A stretch of DNA of 64,000 bases from Epiperipatus broadwayi (GCA_028023455.1 JAQFVV010000008.1:13950001-14014000), one strand, 5' to 3'; shown: positions 37,018-51,860, counted from the stretch's first letter. Numbers and translations are program-made. Notes: generated from the letters alone by a model not told the origin.

Positions 37018-38360
37018 TTTACTGAATGTGTAAACTTGAATTTAGCTAGTTGCCTTGGAGCTGTAAATTTATTTAATTAAATGTATTAATTCTAACAAAT
37101 AAGCTGTCATTTTTGAAATCGATCAAATTGGCTCAAAAAACATCTTTTCAAAGAATTCTGGTATTAAATCAGTTTATAAAATCATCCAAAACATTTTTAA
37201 CAACCAATACATTTTTATATAAAATAAATGATCAAATTACATTTTCAATACAAAGTTTTCCAAAGAATCTCATTCAATGAATTGATTTTGTAGGTTGTGA
37301 TTTCTCACAGTTAGCAATGAATGATGCTAATACATTTGTAAACAGTTTTTAAATATGCAAGATTTTTTCTTTTTAATATGATTGTCTATGGAATTCAGAA
37401 ACAGAAAAATTGCTGCTTATCATAAAATTATTAGTTTTCCTGTTTTTTTTTTGTTTGTTTCTTAATATGTTTTCATTGGGGGGTGGAATAGATTATAACT
37501 GAAGTTGTATACATAACTATTCTCTTGGTCTGTTCATAGAGTAAATTGATTTTATATTATTTATAGTAGCTGTTAATTCCAAGTTACAAAGCTTAATTTA
37601 TACTAGAATGATACATTTCAATATGCTCATAATTTGATACTATAACAATTATGAAATTTTTGGTCCATACATATTCACAAATTAATAAACCTCAATCTTT
37701 ATTTAGATATTACTTTCAATATATGTTTGTTTTCCATAGGTAATATTCACTCCTATCTTGGAAGATGCCTTTTGCAGGGATTTTCATAATTTTACTTTAA
37801 CAATTTTATCCATTGCATTTACCCCACAGTTCTAACTTTTGTTAATCAAATATAACCGATTAAAATCGGTCTTACATACATATGCAATAATATATAGAAC
37901 AAATATATGGAAGAATAAAAACATTTAAGAAAAATTATAACTATCCCAACATATGATGATAAATATGTTTTTTTGCAGTAGAATATTATATATACATTGT
38001 TTTATTAATGTTCATGGTAAATAATAGTTGAGAAACAAAATGAGTTTTTTAGTTAGAAAAATCACAACCACTGATAGAAATAATTAAAACTCTAAATACT
38101 ATATATTCTTTTTAAAATTAAAATTATCAACTTCAAATAAATTTCCCCAAAGAAATTAAAACAATATTGTGGGGGGAGGGGGGATTTATAGATATCTTTA
38201 AATTTTAATTTAAAAAGCTATAGCTAGATGATAATAGAGATAACATTTTTTTATATTAAATGCTTTTATTGACTGCTAAAAAAAATAGTTTCTCCAATCA
38301 CAATTGGAGTTTATGCCAATAAACATCACTTGATCACTATTTCGTATGCTTGCTTATAAC

Positions 38361-38512
38361 TTATTAAAACAGGCAAAACGCTATGTATTGCCACTCAATG
38401 CAAGCCAGAGTAATCAATAGATGGGGATTTTATGCACAAGCCTTTGGCATCCATTGATTACTCTGGCTTGTATTGAGTGGCAATACGTATAGAGTTTTGC
38501 CTGTTTTAATAA
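38361..38512. mobile_element. small hairpin MITE (~63-bp arms)
   Basis: ttattaaaacaggcaaaac...gtattgccactcaat(g/a)caagccagagtaatcaat is present in inverted orientation at both ends. Confidence 0.9.
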
Positions 38513-38514
38513 CA

Positions 38515-39990
38515 ATTGGAGTTGTTGGCATATCATTGAATCGCTTATTAAAATCAGCATGGAAACCCTCCAAGTGTTGGCAGTATGTAAGTAAATCTTC
38601 CTTTTTGAGAGAGACGGATTGCTAATAAATTTGAAAAGTGACTATATTCCCTAGTCCTAGATTCCGTTTGAACAGAAGTTTACCCACAAAAGCAGCAATA
38701 ATGTTTTTTTTTTTGTTTTAATTCAATTCATCACCTTGTAATTGTAGATTGACTTCATTAAATATTTTATAGAGTTCTGTCAAATAAGTGATGTCATCTT
38801 TGAATGTAATCAGGTTGGCCCACAATCCGTCATTCTGTTTTTTAGGAGCTTAGTACTGAATCAAACAAATTGTAAAATCGATTCAGATAAATATCTTTGG
38901 AAATCCAACACTGGGCAAAGCAGCATATGATTGAAATCTTCATCGTTTTCACTACAAAGTTGTCTAAACAAACTCACTCAATGAATTGCTTCTAATCTTG
39001 TTGACTGCTCTATTAACAATGGAGTGAAGTATGCAGGTGTTCTCACTTAAATTCTTCGCAATCAAATGATGATGAAAACAATGTATAGCTAGTACATTTG
39101 GTATTGTTTGATTCAAATGCACTGAAACTTGTGGCACTCTACTATTGCTGGAACACCATCAGTAGCAGCAGACAAAATATGAATAGGAATGTCTCTTGAA
39201 AAAACATTCATAGATTCTCCAAATTTTTAACAAATAATAATTCTTGACAAACTTTTACTTTTATGAATTGTATGTATGATAAGAGTAGTGATTCATCGAC
39301 TTGATTGGAAAATTGGCATGTCTTCAAATAATCACAATGATTTTTCAACATCTTCAGCCATTTCATCAATTCTTTGCACTGAGTAATGATATCTGATATG
39401 GGCTTATGAAGCACTGTTTATTCTTTTACTGCCAGGAAGATTAATTCTTCACCAATTGTGTGTGGTTTTCCCATTTTTGCAATTAATGAAATATTTTAAG
39501 AAGCTTGCAATGCATTCCATCATCAGATTTTCAATTGGATGGATGGTTGAAGAGTTGGAGTGTGTAGTAGATTGGAGCCTGTCCATTAAAGTATGAAGAT
39601 TGTCTATCTTAATATATATCTGAGCACTTATAGTATATATGTGTGGGAGATGATAATCTGGACCAACTGATGATTGCTGGATTAGCATGAAATACGTATA
39701 TTGGTGATTATTTATCTTTTCAGCATATATGTGCTTGAGTGTATCGGTGTTATTAGATAGAGTGGAGAGTGATGGGTCATCTGAAAGTCTGTGCTCATAT
39801 ACCCTATATATTACATTATCTTGTTTAGTGGATGATGCAAAAAGTTTTGATATAGTTTGACCTTAAAAATATTTTTCTTCTAATACTTGAAAATAGAACA
39901 AATCTTTAGCCTAGAATGCTTCATTTGAAAATACTTTATGGCAAATCAAGTACATAGGTAATAATTGGTTTGTAGGAGACTGAATAAAAC
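38515..39990 (-). mobile_element. second decayed Buster-type hAT transposase, interrupted by a ~300-bp insert (~39520-39815)
   Basis: HYLKYGFIQSPTNQLLPMYLICHKVFSNEAF, NISLIAKMGKPHTIGEELI, DIPIHILSAATDGVPAIV, FRQLCSENDEDFN and DDITYLTELYKIFNEVNLQLQG occur in collinear order. Confidence 0.88.
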
Positions 39991-42030
39991 CATATTTTAA
40001 ATAGTGTACTGTGAACAAATTCAGACATAATGAAGTAATAAAATTTGCAACAATATTCACAAAATAAACTTTAATTTGCACTTTGTATGACTAAAATAAA
40101 ATCACCCATTCGATTGATGATTGTTGGGCAAAGCACACAAAAAATAATATTTCTAAATCACTGATATTTGTAGATTTGAAAGCCAGCCTGAATCGACTTG
40201 TATGTATTGACATGTTTATGATATGAACAAATCACTGCAAGCACCCATATTCCTGTTTAAACATGCTGAATTGCTTGAATTACCTACATAATACTAGTTA
40301 AGGCTTGTCTGCTGTGTGGATAGACTATAAAGCCTGTATGACATCAATTTTTACAATAAAAAATGAAATTTTTTAAGTATATAAAAATTAAGTTAAAATA
40401 TCCTATATGACACTTTCAATTTTTTATTTTGCATGAAAGCACATTTTGTTCATCTGACCACGATATTGTCCGAATAGTTATAAATAATTATTAAGTAAAA
40501 TAATTACACCAGATCACCAAACCTACAAAATATAATGATAGAAAACATAATAAGTTTTGAATAATATTTGCTTTGTCTTTTTCCTCTACTTAATAATATA
40601 AGTTGGTACTAACTATGCTAACTTAAATTTATGATTTTTTTTTCTTGCCATTATTATTTTTACTCTTAATACTAAATTATATAAAATTGAGTTTATTTTT
40701 GTACAAATCAATTAGAAAAGTGATTTTTATAAATTTTGGAATGAAATATGAATGTATTTGCTATTGTAAACAATCTATTATACACACATATATATTGAAC
40801 CAGATGGGAGAAAATTTGCTGTGTTTATATTTACAAATCTCAATCTAAACTCTGGCTATACTTTCACTATTGCAGAAGACCGGCCTTTCAAGCAAATGAG
40901 TATAACACCACAGGTAGATGAAACACTAACGGTACCTATAACCAGACAGGCTATACAAAGTAACCTGCGGCCACATTTCCAGGCCATAGAACTCCAGGGC
41001 TGCTAAATTCAAACCCCTGCCATCCAAAGCATTTTTATTTGTTTTGAGGCTTAACATCAGATGTCAGCCAACCATAAGTTATATAATCAGCATGCCTAGA
41101 CAACAGCTATACAATCTAGAGCTTGATATATCCCAAACTAGCTCATTTTCTCAATTGTGGGAAAGAATAAAAACTTTAATACACTTACAATTAACTGTAA
41201 CTTAATCTATTCGTGAAGCAGTTATGAAATAGAGAATCGATCAGCCAATAATTAAGCAAAATTTATTCACACATATTCATAGTTAAACATAATTCAAATA
41301 TACACATTTAAAATATAACATACTAACTTATGGAAGCAATATTAAAAATTTATATACACGTAATTAAAATACATTATAATGAGTTATTATATGCACACAT
41401 ATATAGTCATGCAATAATATAAAATTTTAGGGAAGTGACATTAAAGATTACTCTGGCTGTAATATCAAAGTTCATTAGTCTCATTCAATTCTTTAGATTG
41501 GGATAATGAATATATTTACCTAGGATTTTTGCAGATAACACATTACACTTTTCATGAACAGAATTTGTTACTTTCTCCTGCTTTGTTGATCCCCAACCGA
41601 TTGGTCTTTCTTTCCCATCAATGGTTTGGTTTCTTCCCGATTTTCCACATTTTAATGGAGAGATATTCTATGAATTTTCAGATCATAAGGTGAGCATGAT
41701 TTCTAGATGGACATCTATTCTGCAGGATTGGGATTGAAGACTGGCTGCACACTTCGGTTACTGTCTAGCACTGCATGCTGCTAGTTTGCTTTTCACTGAT
41801 TATAAGTATATGTGCCCGCATGCTGGAGACAATAATGGCCCTGGCCATCTCTTCAAAAGTTCTTATATGATAGCAATATTGGATTATAATGAATATGATA
41901 GTAGTAATATAATGCTATAATAATAATGAAATTAATCTGTCCTTTTTTACACTTCATCCTTATTGTTTTTTAGTTATCATTCTCTAATCTGATTTAATTA
42001 ATTGATATTTCCTTAAGTAATTTTCCATTA

Positions 42031-42178
42031 TGTTTTAATCTAAATTCTTGCTTAGATTAATCTAATGTTTTGATGAGATAATGTCCGTAGTTCTTTCCTG
42101 TTTCTTTAATTTAGCATTGTTTTAATCTAAATTCTTGCTTACATTAATCTAACATTTGATGAGATAATGTCTGTAGTT
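42031..42178. repeat. direct repeat, 87-bp period
   Basis: tgttttaatctaaattcttgctta(g/c)attaatctaa...tgatgagataatgtc(c/t)gtagtt occurs at 42031 and 42118. Confidence 0.9.
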
Positions 42179-43973
42179 ATTCCTTTTGTTTTTTCAATTA
42201 ATGCAATGGGAGTAATTATTTCCTTTCTTTTCTTTATCAGCCAAGTAATCTTTAAATGACTTGCAAATTTGACAATTTTATAATATTTTAATACAATTTC
42301 CTTTTTTTCTCTTGTAAAAAGAGAGCTAATTTTTAACTTTTTACTTAGAGTTAAATTTTCTTCTCTTCCTACTTGCTCTTTATTACTAAACTTTCTTTTA
42401 TTTTGTTAAACGACAAGATGACGCAACATTTACTTTTGCAAGTTTGCATTTAAAACATTTTATACTTCACTTATTAAGACTTAACTATTTCTTTCAAAAT
42501 TAATTTGATCATTTAATAATAAATGATACCTCATGTAATGCAGAGTATGTGTGTTCTCAAATTACATTCATTAGAGATACAATATTTACATGCTTATTTT
42601 TTTATTGACATAGAAAATTATCTATTTCTGTCAGACATGGTCAATTTTCAAATGATTAAATAATTGAAATCGAAAATTGATCGTGTAAGATGGACATAAG
42701 ATGAATTAAAATGCAGATTTTAAATGATTATCCAGTCACAAAATCATGAAAATAATCTTTAAATATATATTATTAATGTCCCCCAAATGTTTCTGAACCC
42801 ACTATTGCCCCCTAGAAGGTTTCAGTGCCCACTGGGGGTTCTGTTCAATTTCACATAATATGAATAAGCCTGGTCTATTAAGTAAAGCAAAGAGGTAACT
42901 TCTTCAGACATTATATAGATCCAAAAATAAGAATACTGTACTTTAAAAAATATTTTTTATTAAATAGGTATCAGAAAAATATTTAACAAAATTTTTGGAA
43001 GTATTTTTAATGAAAAAAATATATCTTTTTAATCAAAAATCATTAAACAAATATTTCATTTTTAATATTTTCCTGATAACTTTTTTAACAAAACCTATAT
43101 ATGTTAACATAAATAAAAACAGGACGTCAGAGAATGTATTACTTTATCTCAACTATTTGTCAAATCTTAATATGCTGAAATTCACAAGTGATAAAATGAA
43201 GGTCCTAAAATGTTCTTGAAAGATAATACTAAAAAATATTGTTGGTGTATCACCAAGATAGTTAAAAATATTTAAATGGATGCATATAATTTAGAAATAT
43301 ATTGGGCTGTCATATTGCAACAAAATATAAGCTGCCATTCTATTTTGATTTCTGAAAAATGGGAATTATCAATGGCTTATTCTTCTGCTTTCAGAATTTA
43401 ATGTGTTACAAATCAGTTTTGTAATTGACAGTCCACTAAAAAGATATATTTATAATGTATATGATCTTAATTTTTTTATTTGTATAAAAACAAATGTTTT
43501 TTATTCTCTATTTTTGAAATATCTTTGTTGGGAAGTAGGTAAAGGTGCAATGCTTTAAATAATGATAGAATATCATTTGCAAATAAAATAAAATTTATAG
43601 GAAAATAATTTATTTAATATTCAAATCTTTTAAATTAAAAATATAACTGCTGTGTTTAAAATATGCTGTTTTAATTAAAATAAGTAATAGTTTTCAGAAT
43701 ATTTATAAATATATGTTAAGCCCAATTGATTTTTTTAATTAGATAAATAAATTAAAATAAAAAAAGAGAACTGAACAATTAAATAATTGAGTGATTCTAT
43801 AGAGTATAAGATTGAGATTTCATTTTAATATTTTGATTATGTGCATTTAATTTTATATGCGTAATGTTGGAAGAAAGAAATAACATAGTAAGTATTCTTA
43901 ATACCATTAATAAAATTAGATGCATATATGTATTAATTTGTATACTATGTACATAACAAATATTTGTATATAT

Positions 43974-44484
43974 TGTAACGGGAACCCCCCAACATAAAAA
44001 TATAAAAACCTTTTTACTACTTATACTAAGTCTAATTACTTATTATTTTAAATCTAGTTCTAATTAAATTGTATTTAAACATATTAATTTTTAATATGAT
44101 CTTTTAAGAGGACCCGTTACTCAAGCAGAGGAATAAATATGATTAATATTTACATATCAGTCATACCCCTGGTCAGACAGATTTAATAAAATATTAAACC
44201 AACAGTCACCTTTCCAGACCGAGGTAACTTCAGCTTCATGAAACACCTCATGGGGGTTATTTATAAAGTGTTTAAACCCAGGGCGGCATCCAATACTTAC
44301 ATTGGGACCCATGAAATGTCACTAGCACATTTCAAGTGCTTGACCCATGGCTAGTTCTTAAACATGAGACTGGCAACACATTTACTTAGATAAATGGAGA
44401 GGGACATGTAAACAATACTAATAATTTACATCAATTTATTTACAGACAATAATAATAAAAATATAAAACATGAGATATTATACA
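43974..44484 (-). mobile_element. solo-LTR-like element (511 bp, TG...CA)
   Basis: On the minus strand it starts TGTATAAT and ends CCCGTTACA. It shares ordered motifs and length with 60308-60821. No clean TSD. Confidence 0.6.
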
Positions 44485-44606
44485 TTTAATAAATATATAT
44501 GCTTATGAGTTCTATTCAGGGCAAGATTTTAACTTTTAATACTAGTATTTAAATTTTTAAGTTTTAATGACATCATGGATAATAATTATCTAGGTATAAG
44601 TACAGC

Positions 44607-44757
44607 ACAGTTTCTGGTTTATATCTGTGTTTTGAACATAGTCTCTGGTTTCTATGAATGGTTTAAATACAGTCTCTTGATTTCCATAAGCGGTTTGAAT
44701 ACAGTCTTTGGTTTCCACAAGTGGGTTATGCACAGTCTTTGGTTTTTTGTATGTGGA
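44607..44757. repeat. minisatellite, 31-32-bp unit, ~5 copies
   Basis: Units a(c/t)agt(c/t)t(c/t)tgg... start at 44607, 44638, 44669, 44701 and 44732. Confidence 0.85.
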
Positions 44758-47726
44758 TAGTCGCCTTTTATTTGGATCCATGTACATGTAACATCAATGC
44801 AGCTTCCTGATTACTTGCCCTATGGTGTTCTGGTTCTCTTAATTTGGCGGAGTGGGATTAAACATCGGCAGAAGGCAAGTCAGTAAACTACCATGGCATT
44901 CGGCTAATGGCATACAGAAGACAAGCGGAGGAAAATGGCCGAACACCAGCGTTTGGACCTAGCCTCTCATTTCTCTTTAAACAATAATAATACTAATAAT
45001 AAATAATTCTCCACTGTAAAGATACCAATAACTATATCATTTCTAATAATAATCATTGACAATAGACAATGTCAGCTTTTTATACTATTCTGACTCCACT
45101 TTTGCTCAAGTATTAACCACGCTATCAATACATTCGATCTTTTAATCAAAAATTACATTTCTTTATTTTCTTATTTTAATTAATCTGAAATTATATTGTT
45201 CAACTAATCAGTCTGGAATCTTAATCTCCAGAGCCTGATTAGTTTTGTATGACTTATTTTAATTAATCGTAAGAATTTTTCTTTTAATTAAAAGTACTTT
45301 TTTATATACAAAGAGTATTTTTGACAGAATTTTACAAAAAAATAAAAGAAAAATAAGTTATCATTAACAACTAATTTCTAACTTATTTCTAAATTTTCTT
45401 TCTATTTTATCTTCTACTTTTTCAAACTATTACTTCTTGATATTATTTTTCTATTTCAAAATCTTAAATTTTATTAATTTTAAAAAAATAATAAGTACAT
45501 TATGTAACCCATATATACACACACACTTACGCAACGTTTGCATATACAATTTTTTCAGATTGATGGTATTATTACAAGCAGATTATTAAGGTTTTTAATT
45601 ATCATTTATATATATTTTGATTCAGAAAATAAATATTTTTTACTGGAAATTGGAAAAATGTTATTTAATCCATTTAAATATTTCTACAATTTGTTTATAG
45701 ATTAAAGTCTGCAAAAGAATTTGTCTAATATATATATATATTGTATCTAAGGAAAAATTGAAATTACAAATACGGAGTATGAATTGTAATAATAACATAT
45801 ATACCAAATTGTACCTAATGAAAAAAAAAAGACAAATTGTAATCATCAATATAATCCATCTAATGATGAGGTCCTTTGCCTAAGCTCACTGGATTACGTG
45901 CTACAATTATATTTACTATCGAGATATGCACTAAAATAAAAGTGAACTACAATAATGGCAAGTGCACATTATCATAATAGATAAATAACGAAGAGGAGAA
46001 ACCTCCCTCATTCTCATACAAAATTTTTAAATCAAACAAACTTCCCAATATTAAAAGTGCATCCTCAAGTAGCAAAGGTACTTTGCATATCATATAGAAT
46101 ATGAAAGACATTTCTATTATATCCCCCTCTAGATATTTGGAAACAAATGTTTATCACCAAATAAAGATTATTGCCATGATCTGATCTGGAATAACTCTTA
46201 TAAAGTAAGAGCTAATGGACTTTTCTTATAGTACAATTAATTGTAATTGATTCGTTAATGCTACACTATTGATATTTGCAACAATAAGAGTAATTTGGAT
46301 AATCATAAAATAATATGCGATAATCTCAGAGTTCTTTATCTAATAATTTTAAGTATTCTCATATCATGTTGAATAAATGAATGACATCCTATCACCATCA
46401 TACTATAATAATAATTAATTAAAGAAATGTTCAATTTAACTAACAAATGCAGGAAACAATAAAATTTGGAAAATTAAAGTCTTTACTCAGGATGAGATTA
46501 GAGTATCTAGAAGGAAAGGGTACCTTTTATGTCATTCTGATACTCATCAACAACATAATTTAAAATTAACTTCAGAAACAATATAATTTTCACTAGTATA
46601 ATAAATAATAAGCAGTCTTAAGTGAAAATCAATTCAAAGAAAATCAAATAATTTTATTTTAAATGCAATTCCAACGTTTGGAAGTAACATTCCTATGCAA
46701 CTTTGCATTTTTAAGTTTGAATCTGTATTTTATTAGAATTGTATATCTGATTTAAACCAAGATTTTTATAACATAATCAATAATTCAGGACTCAAAAAAT
46801 CATGAATATAGAGACAAAGACTAAAATTTAGTAACAATAAAACACATTTATTAACAGTTGAAATCAGTTTCACTTTATACAAAAAATTAACATAAAGATT
46901 TTGGCACTGTTGTATAAGATGCGTAAATAAAAAACAAAAATAATTGCCTATCCACTAGCAAATCAATCCATTATTTACAAATTTTTGGCTAGTTTTATTA
47001 ATTATAAATTTGTTACTTTCAGCTAAGCATTTACTTTTGGCTAAACATTATTTAATTATATTAAATACCTGTTTAAAAGTAATAAGTTCTTATCATATTT
47101 GCACATTTCTAAACACAATCTTAACACTTCTATTATTATAGAATAATCATTTGTTAAGGCTTTTCAAAAGAAAAATATTTAATAATAATACCTAAGATAT
47201 ACTTTCTCAGCATATTTAACATATACTTTTTTATTTACAGCATTACCAACAAGATTAAAAATTTAACCCTTAATTAGAATATGGCTAAACAATTTTAAGC
47301 AGTTTACCATTATAATACTAATATTATATAAGACAGTTAAAGAAAAATGCTATCTGGTGTTTTTTTAATTTAATAACACTTAAGATGGTAAAACCTTTCA
47401 AAAGCCATGCAAACAACATTCCTGATTTTGCTCATGTCCACATAATAAATTATTTAAACATTAAATTACCTTACCATTCCACTAGAAAACTACTTCTGGA
47501 TGGTGATGATGATAATAACGTGTACCTCTTATTAAGCTATTATAATACATTAAATTACTAAATATATTTATTTGGTTTTCTTGTAAACTGTTGGAAAGGC
47601 ACAACAGTACAATATATACACTAATTACTTTCTTATACACTGAATATAAAAGTGTGACTGAAGTGACTATACACTTGAAATTCTAACTTATCAATTGCCA
47701 TTACAATTTTAAAACATACATTGACT

Positions 47727-47940
47727 TCACTTAACACGGTGGAATATAAATAAAATATTTTCATGAGGGAGAGCCTTCTCAGAGCAACAACTACCATACT
47801 GGGATAATAAGCAATGGCATATTCCAACAGACTTCTGAGGTAAATATATGTATGGACATGGTCCTAGCACATGGAAAGTAGAATATAAATCAAAGAAAAT
47901 CCTATCTAAGGATCCATTGGGGAGAGCAATTCTCAATCCT
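47727..47940 (-). CDS. candidate terminal exon of an unidentified minus-strand gene
   Basis: Acceptor tattatacattag|, an open frame GLRIALPNGSLDRIFFDLYSTFHVLGPCPYIYLPQ...ENILFIFHRVK* and higher GC than the flanks. An AATAAA lies downstream (46847-46852, minus). No family was recognised, and an alternative frame with other splice sites also exists. Confidence 0.3.
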
Positions 47941-48573
47941 CTAATGTATAATATAATTAAAATGCAACAATAATAAAATTAAATGCATCCCAAAATGAGA
48001 ATAACATCCATCTTTAGCATAACCATGGCAAGATACAAAATATCACTTAACTAAAGAAATAATTATTTATCTCTGAAAATTCATACATGTATAATGTATA
48101 AAACCAACAAATAAATACAAGTCAAAATGACTTTAAAATTACTTTAAATAGCATAATAAATTTTGAAAATAATAAGAACTACACATCTAACTAATAGTAT
48201 AATATTTTAAAAATAAAGTGGACATAAGTGGTAAATGCAAAAATACTACTAATAAAGATAATATATTAATAACATTATAACAAAAATTATATTTGGTTAA
48301 AACTTTTGTGAGTGTCTGATAAACCAGATATTAGCTGTTTACCCATAGATATAAATTGTGTATTAATAAAAAGACTACTGGCGAATGTAAAGAAATTATA
48401 TTTTCTTTACCTGGACAGGTATATTGTATAGACTTTACCTTAAGCCAAAATAAAATTCATAAATTTTACTTTAACCATTATAAGAATAAAATGCATAAAT
48501 TTTACTGTATAATTCAAAAATACTTTTGCATAATATTAAAAAAAAATAGTAATATATATATTTTTAAAAACAC

Positions 48574-48630
48574 TTATAGTTCTTTAGCCGACATTCTCCG
48601 CTTTGAGCTACTTCATGTCGAAAACGTCCT
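48574..48630 (-). CDS. candidate internal exon (GRFRHEVAQSGECRLKNY) of the same putative gene
   Basis: Acceptor atcattcag| and a weak donor |gtgttt. It is phase 2/2, so it joins 47940 in frame, and it is a CpG/GC-rich island in AT-rich flanks. Confidence 0.3.
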
Positions 48631-50724
48631 CTGAATGATGAATCATTTTAAAAGCAATGCATCCATAATTTGTTACATTTTAAAATAACATAAATATCAA
48701 TGACCTGAGGACCAAATGGCATGCACATTAAAAACATTTAAAGAATAACTGCAACATATTCGAATCTCTTCACTTATTTAGACATTTTTTATAAAGTTTG
48801 CTATAGCTTGTTTTATTACTTTTATCCAAACAACAGATATATTATTAGGGATATTTTCTTTCACATTTCTGTGGATATATTGTGAAAATAAAACTTCCTT
48901 TATTTAAAAGAGCGTTTCATATTATTATTTAAAGCTATCACTTTTATTCACTGAAGGTAAAAACTAATAACAGTAATTAATAAATCACTGTTCCTTCCAA
49001 AACAAGCAGCTTGAATAGCTTTCACATTAAATAACATTTTTAATTAATCTTTTTTTGTTCTTCATTTGAAGTAATATTTTAAAAATATTTCATAGCAATA
49101 CATATACTCGTTCCACATTAGAAAAATTTTTTTCTTTGAAAAATTGTTATAAATTAATTTCTGAGAGATTTCACTGAATAAAGTTCTTTTATTTTGGAAA
49201 ATATGAGTCTGCACGTCTGCACTTAATAAATATTATGAAGAAAATATTAAAAATTATTCTTATTTTAATTATCAAGAGTTAATTATTTTCAAGTCAGATA
49301 AAATTGACTTCCATTGAAGCATTTCTTTAATATTAAAATAAATTTTAAAAGTCTATCAACAGTAAATTGTAATATTTCACTAAAAATGAAGAATAAACAA
49401 TAGAAATGAATTAGTACAGAGTTCATTATAAAGTTTTGAAAACATAATGGAAACATACTACCTTTACTTTCTTTTAAGTACTGGTTCATCACAGTCTGTT
49501 ATAATTACTCAGTAGACAATACTAGTTTTCCTTAGGCATTTAGATAATTTCTTTGTAATTTTCTTGATTAAGCTAAGTATGAAAAGACTTAATACCTTTT
49601 TTTAAATTTAGCAACACATATCCATTGAACAAATAATAAAAGTTTATAAAAAATTATCACTATTAATTTAGAATAAAAAATTTAAATTTTTTAATGCCTT
49701 CTTGTTGAGGAGTTAATGGAAAAGACAAAGAGGAAAAGCGCACAGAGACTAGCCCCCCCAACACACACTAAAAACCCTATTTATACCTTCCATATTTTGA
49801 TGGGTAGTTAATTAGCCAAATCTTTATTTCTGATCTCTAACACTAATTATTTACACTACAACCAGGAACTAAATAAAAAATTACATAACTGATCTGTTTC
49901 CAGTTCTCACATGATAATTTAAAAATTTCTATTAGTTTTTAATTGACCTTTACTTTTAAACTTATTTAATAAAAAAAAATAAAACAAAATGAATAATTTA
50001 ATTACTATTTTAAATTATTACCTTTATAAATTATCACTTTTATTTATTAGAAGCTTATGCATTTATTTATTTTAAACACTTTGATGCTGAATTAACTAGA
50101 AAATATTCTTAAATAAATGAACTTAAATTCACTTATAATAAATAACATTTTATAAACCAACATGCATAAATATCAACAAACATACATGTACTGGAACTTA
50201 TTTTTTATCTTTTTAAAATTAATCTGTTTAATATTTAATCTGAGCATTTGTAACTAATTTCAATATTCTTTAAAATAAACTAACTTTATTTAACTATTTT
50301 GAGCTCTAATAGTACAATAATTCAAACAAATCATTAATCAATTCTAATAATTAATTTAACAATATCATTATATCATTAATAATTCACTAACTAGTTTAGT
50401 TTTCTAAACAAAAACCTTAATTTTTTTTTAAAACTGAGTATGATCTAAGCTCCAATTTTAATGTTATAGGCATGTTTACTTACTGAGTATTAAAGTTACC
50501 TATTACAAAAATCTTTATGTGACTAAAATTTTATATTAAGTACTTATAATTACTTGCATAGACTAATTAAATCAATTAAGCAAAACTTGGACAGTGTAAT
50601 CCACATATTTTTATATCACAAATTTTATCATGTTTCATTCTTCTCTCTTTTTTTAAAATAGCATAAACATTTAAGTAAGACATTTAAATAGTCCCATGAG
50701 CAAAACACAGGGTCACAATATATA

Positions 50725-51860
50725 TTATAAAGAAAGTAGGCACAATAATTAGAAAAATTATTTGGATGAATGGGAGAAAAAATTGATAAATGAAGCAAAG
50801 AAAAGAAAGGGATTGATAAAGAAATTAACAGTATTTTCATATAATAAATATGATGTAACTAGAATTATATGGAAAGGAGTTGCAGTAGCAGGGTTAACAT
50901 ATGGTAATGATGCATTATATGTTAGTAAAAAGATATTAGATTATTTAGAAAAAGCTCAAAGGGAAGTAGGAAGACATGCATTGGATGCAGAAGTATGGAC
51001 AGCAAGGGAGGCAATTCAAGGAGAAATGGGATGGTCAAGTTTTCATATGAGAGATGCAAAAAGTAAAATGAAAATGTTTGGTAGATTGCAGTTTATGGAT
51101 AATAAAAGAATAGCTAAAATAGTATTTAATTGGGTTATGAGTAAAGGGCAGGTAACAAGATGGGTGAGAAAGGTAATGTGGTATGCAAAAGATTTGGATA
51201 AAGAATTTATATCAGTATATTTGTACAAAAGATGGGATGATTGTGTTAAGAGGATTATTGAGTGTTATAGTAGTAAGGAATGGGATAAAAGAATAAATTT
51301 ATTAATAAAGACTAGGGAGTTAGAGAGATGGAGAAATAGTATGGAGAGTAAAAAGAGTTTAAATATATATAGAAATAAACAGAATATTAGGTGTGAGTTA
51401 ATATATGATAATAGTAAGGAAAGTAGTTTATTGTTTAAGGCTCGAACGAGATCTTTAGCTACAAAAGAATATACATGTAAATGGAAAAATATGGGTGATT
51501 TATTTTGTAAATTATGTAAGGAAGGAATTGAAAATATTAGTCATTTGTTAATTGAATGTAAATGTTTGAAAACAGAAAGGGTACATATAATGAAGTTGTG
51601 GGAAAATAAATATGAAAAGAGTGATTATACAGAAAGTGAATTATTGGTTTTTATGCTGGGTTTGGGAAAAGAGAAGGGGGATTTAGATATAAAGGTTATA
51701 GAGTTGACAAAAATTATGTTGTGGAAATGGGATAGAGCAGATTATGGGTAAATTTAGAGTGGGGAATGTAAAAGAAAGTGGCTAACAGGTTTATCTGGGC
51801 ATAATTGCTGAGATATTCTTGACTTCATTTAAGGAGAAGCCATATCACATCACATCAATA
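50725..51860 (+). mobile_element. 5'-truncated non-LTR retrotransposon (LINE), 3' end with intact 329-codon ORF (50762-51751)
   Basis: Post-RT segment WKGVAVAGLTYGN...LEKAQREVGRHAL...IQGEMGWSSF, a C-terminal knuckle CKLC-x8-H-x4-C and an (ACATC)n tail at 51841-51860. Confidence 0.92.

Noticed and set aside
41560-41860. Possible Gypsy integrase C-terminus (RWPGP...HIYL) on the minus strand
   Set aside because: It is a single short motif followed by stops, with no RT/RNaseH/integrase core nearby.
44607-44757. CRISPR-like periodic array
   Set aside because: The variable parts are homologous to each other rather than unique spacers, there are no cas genes, and the context is eukaryotic.
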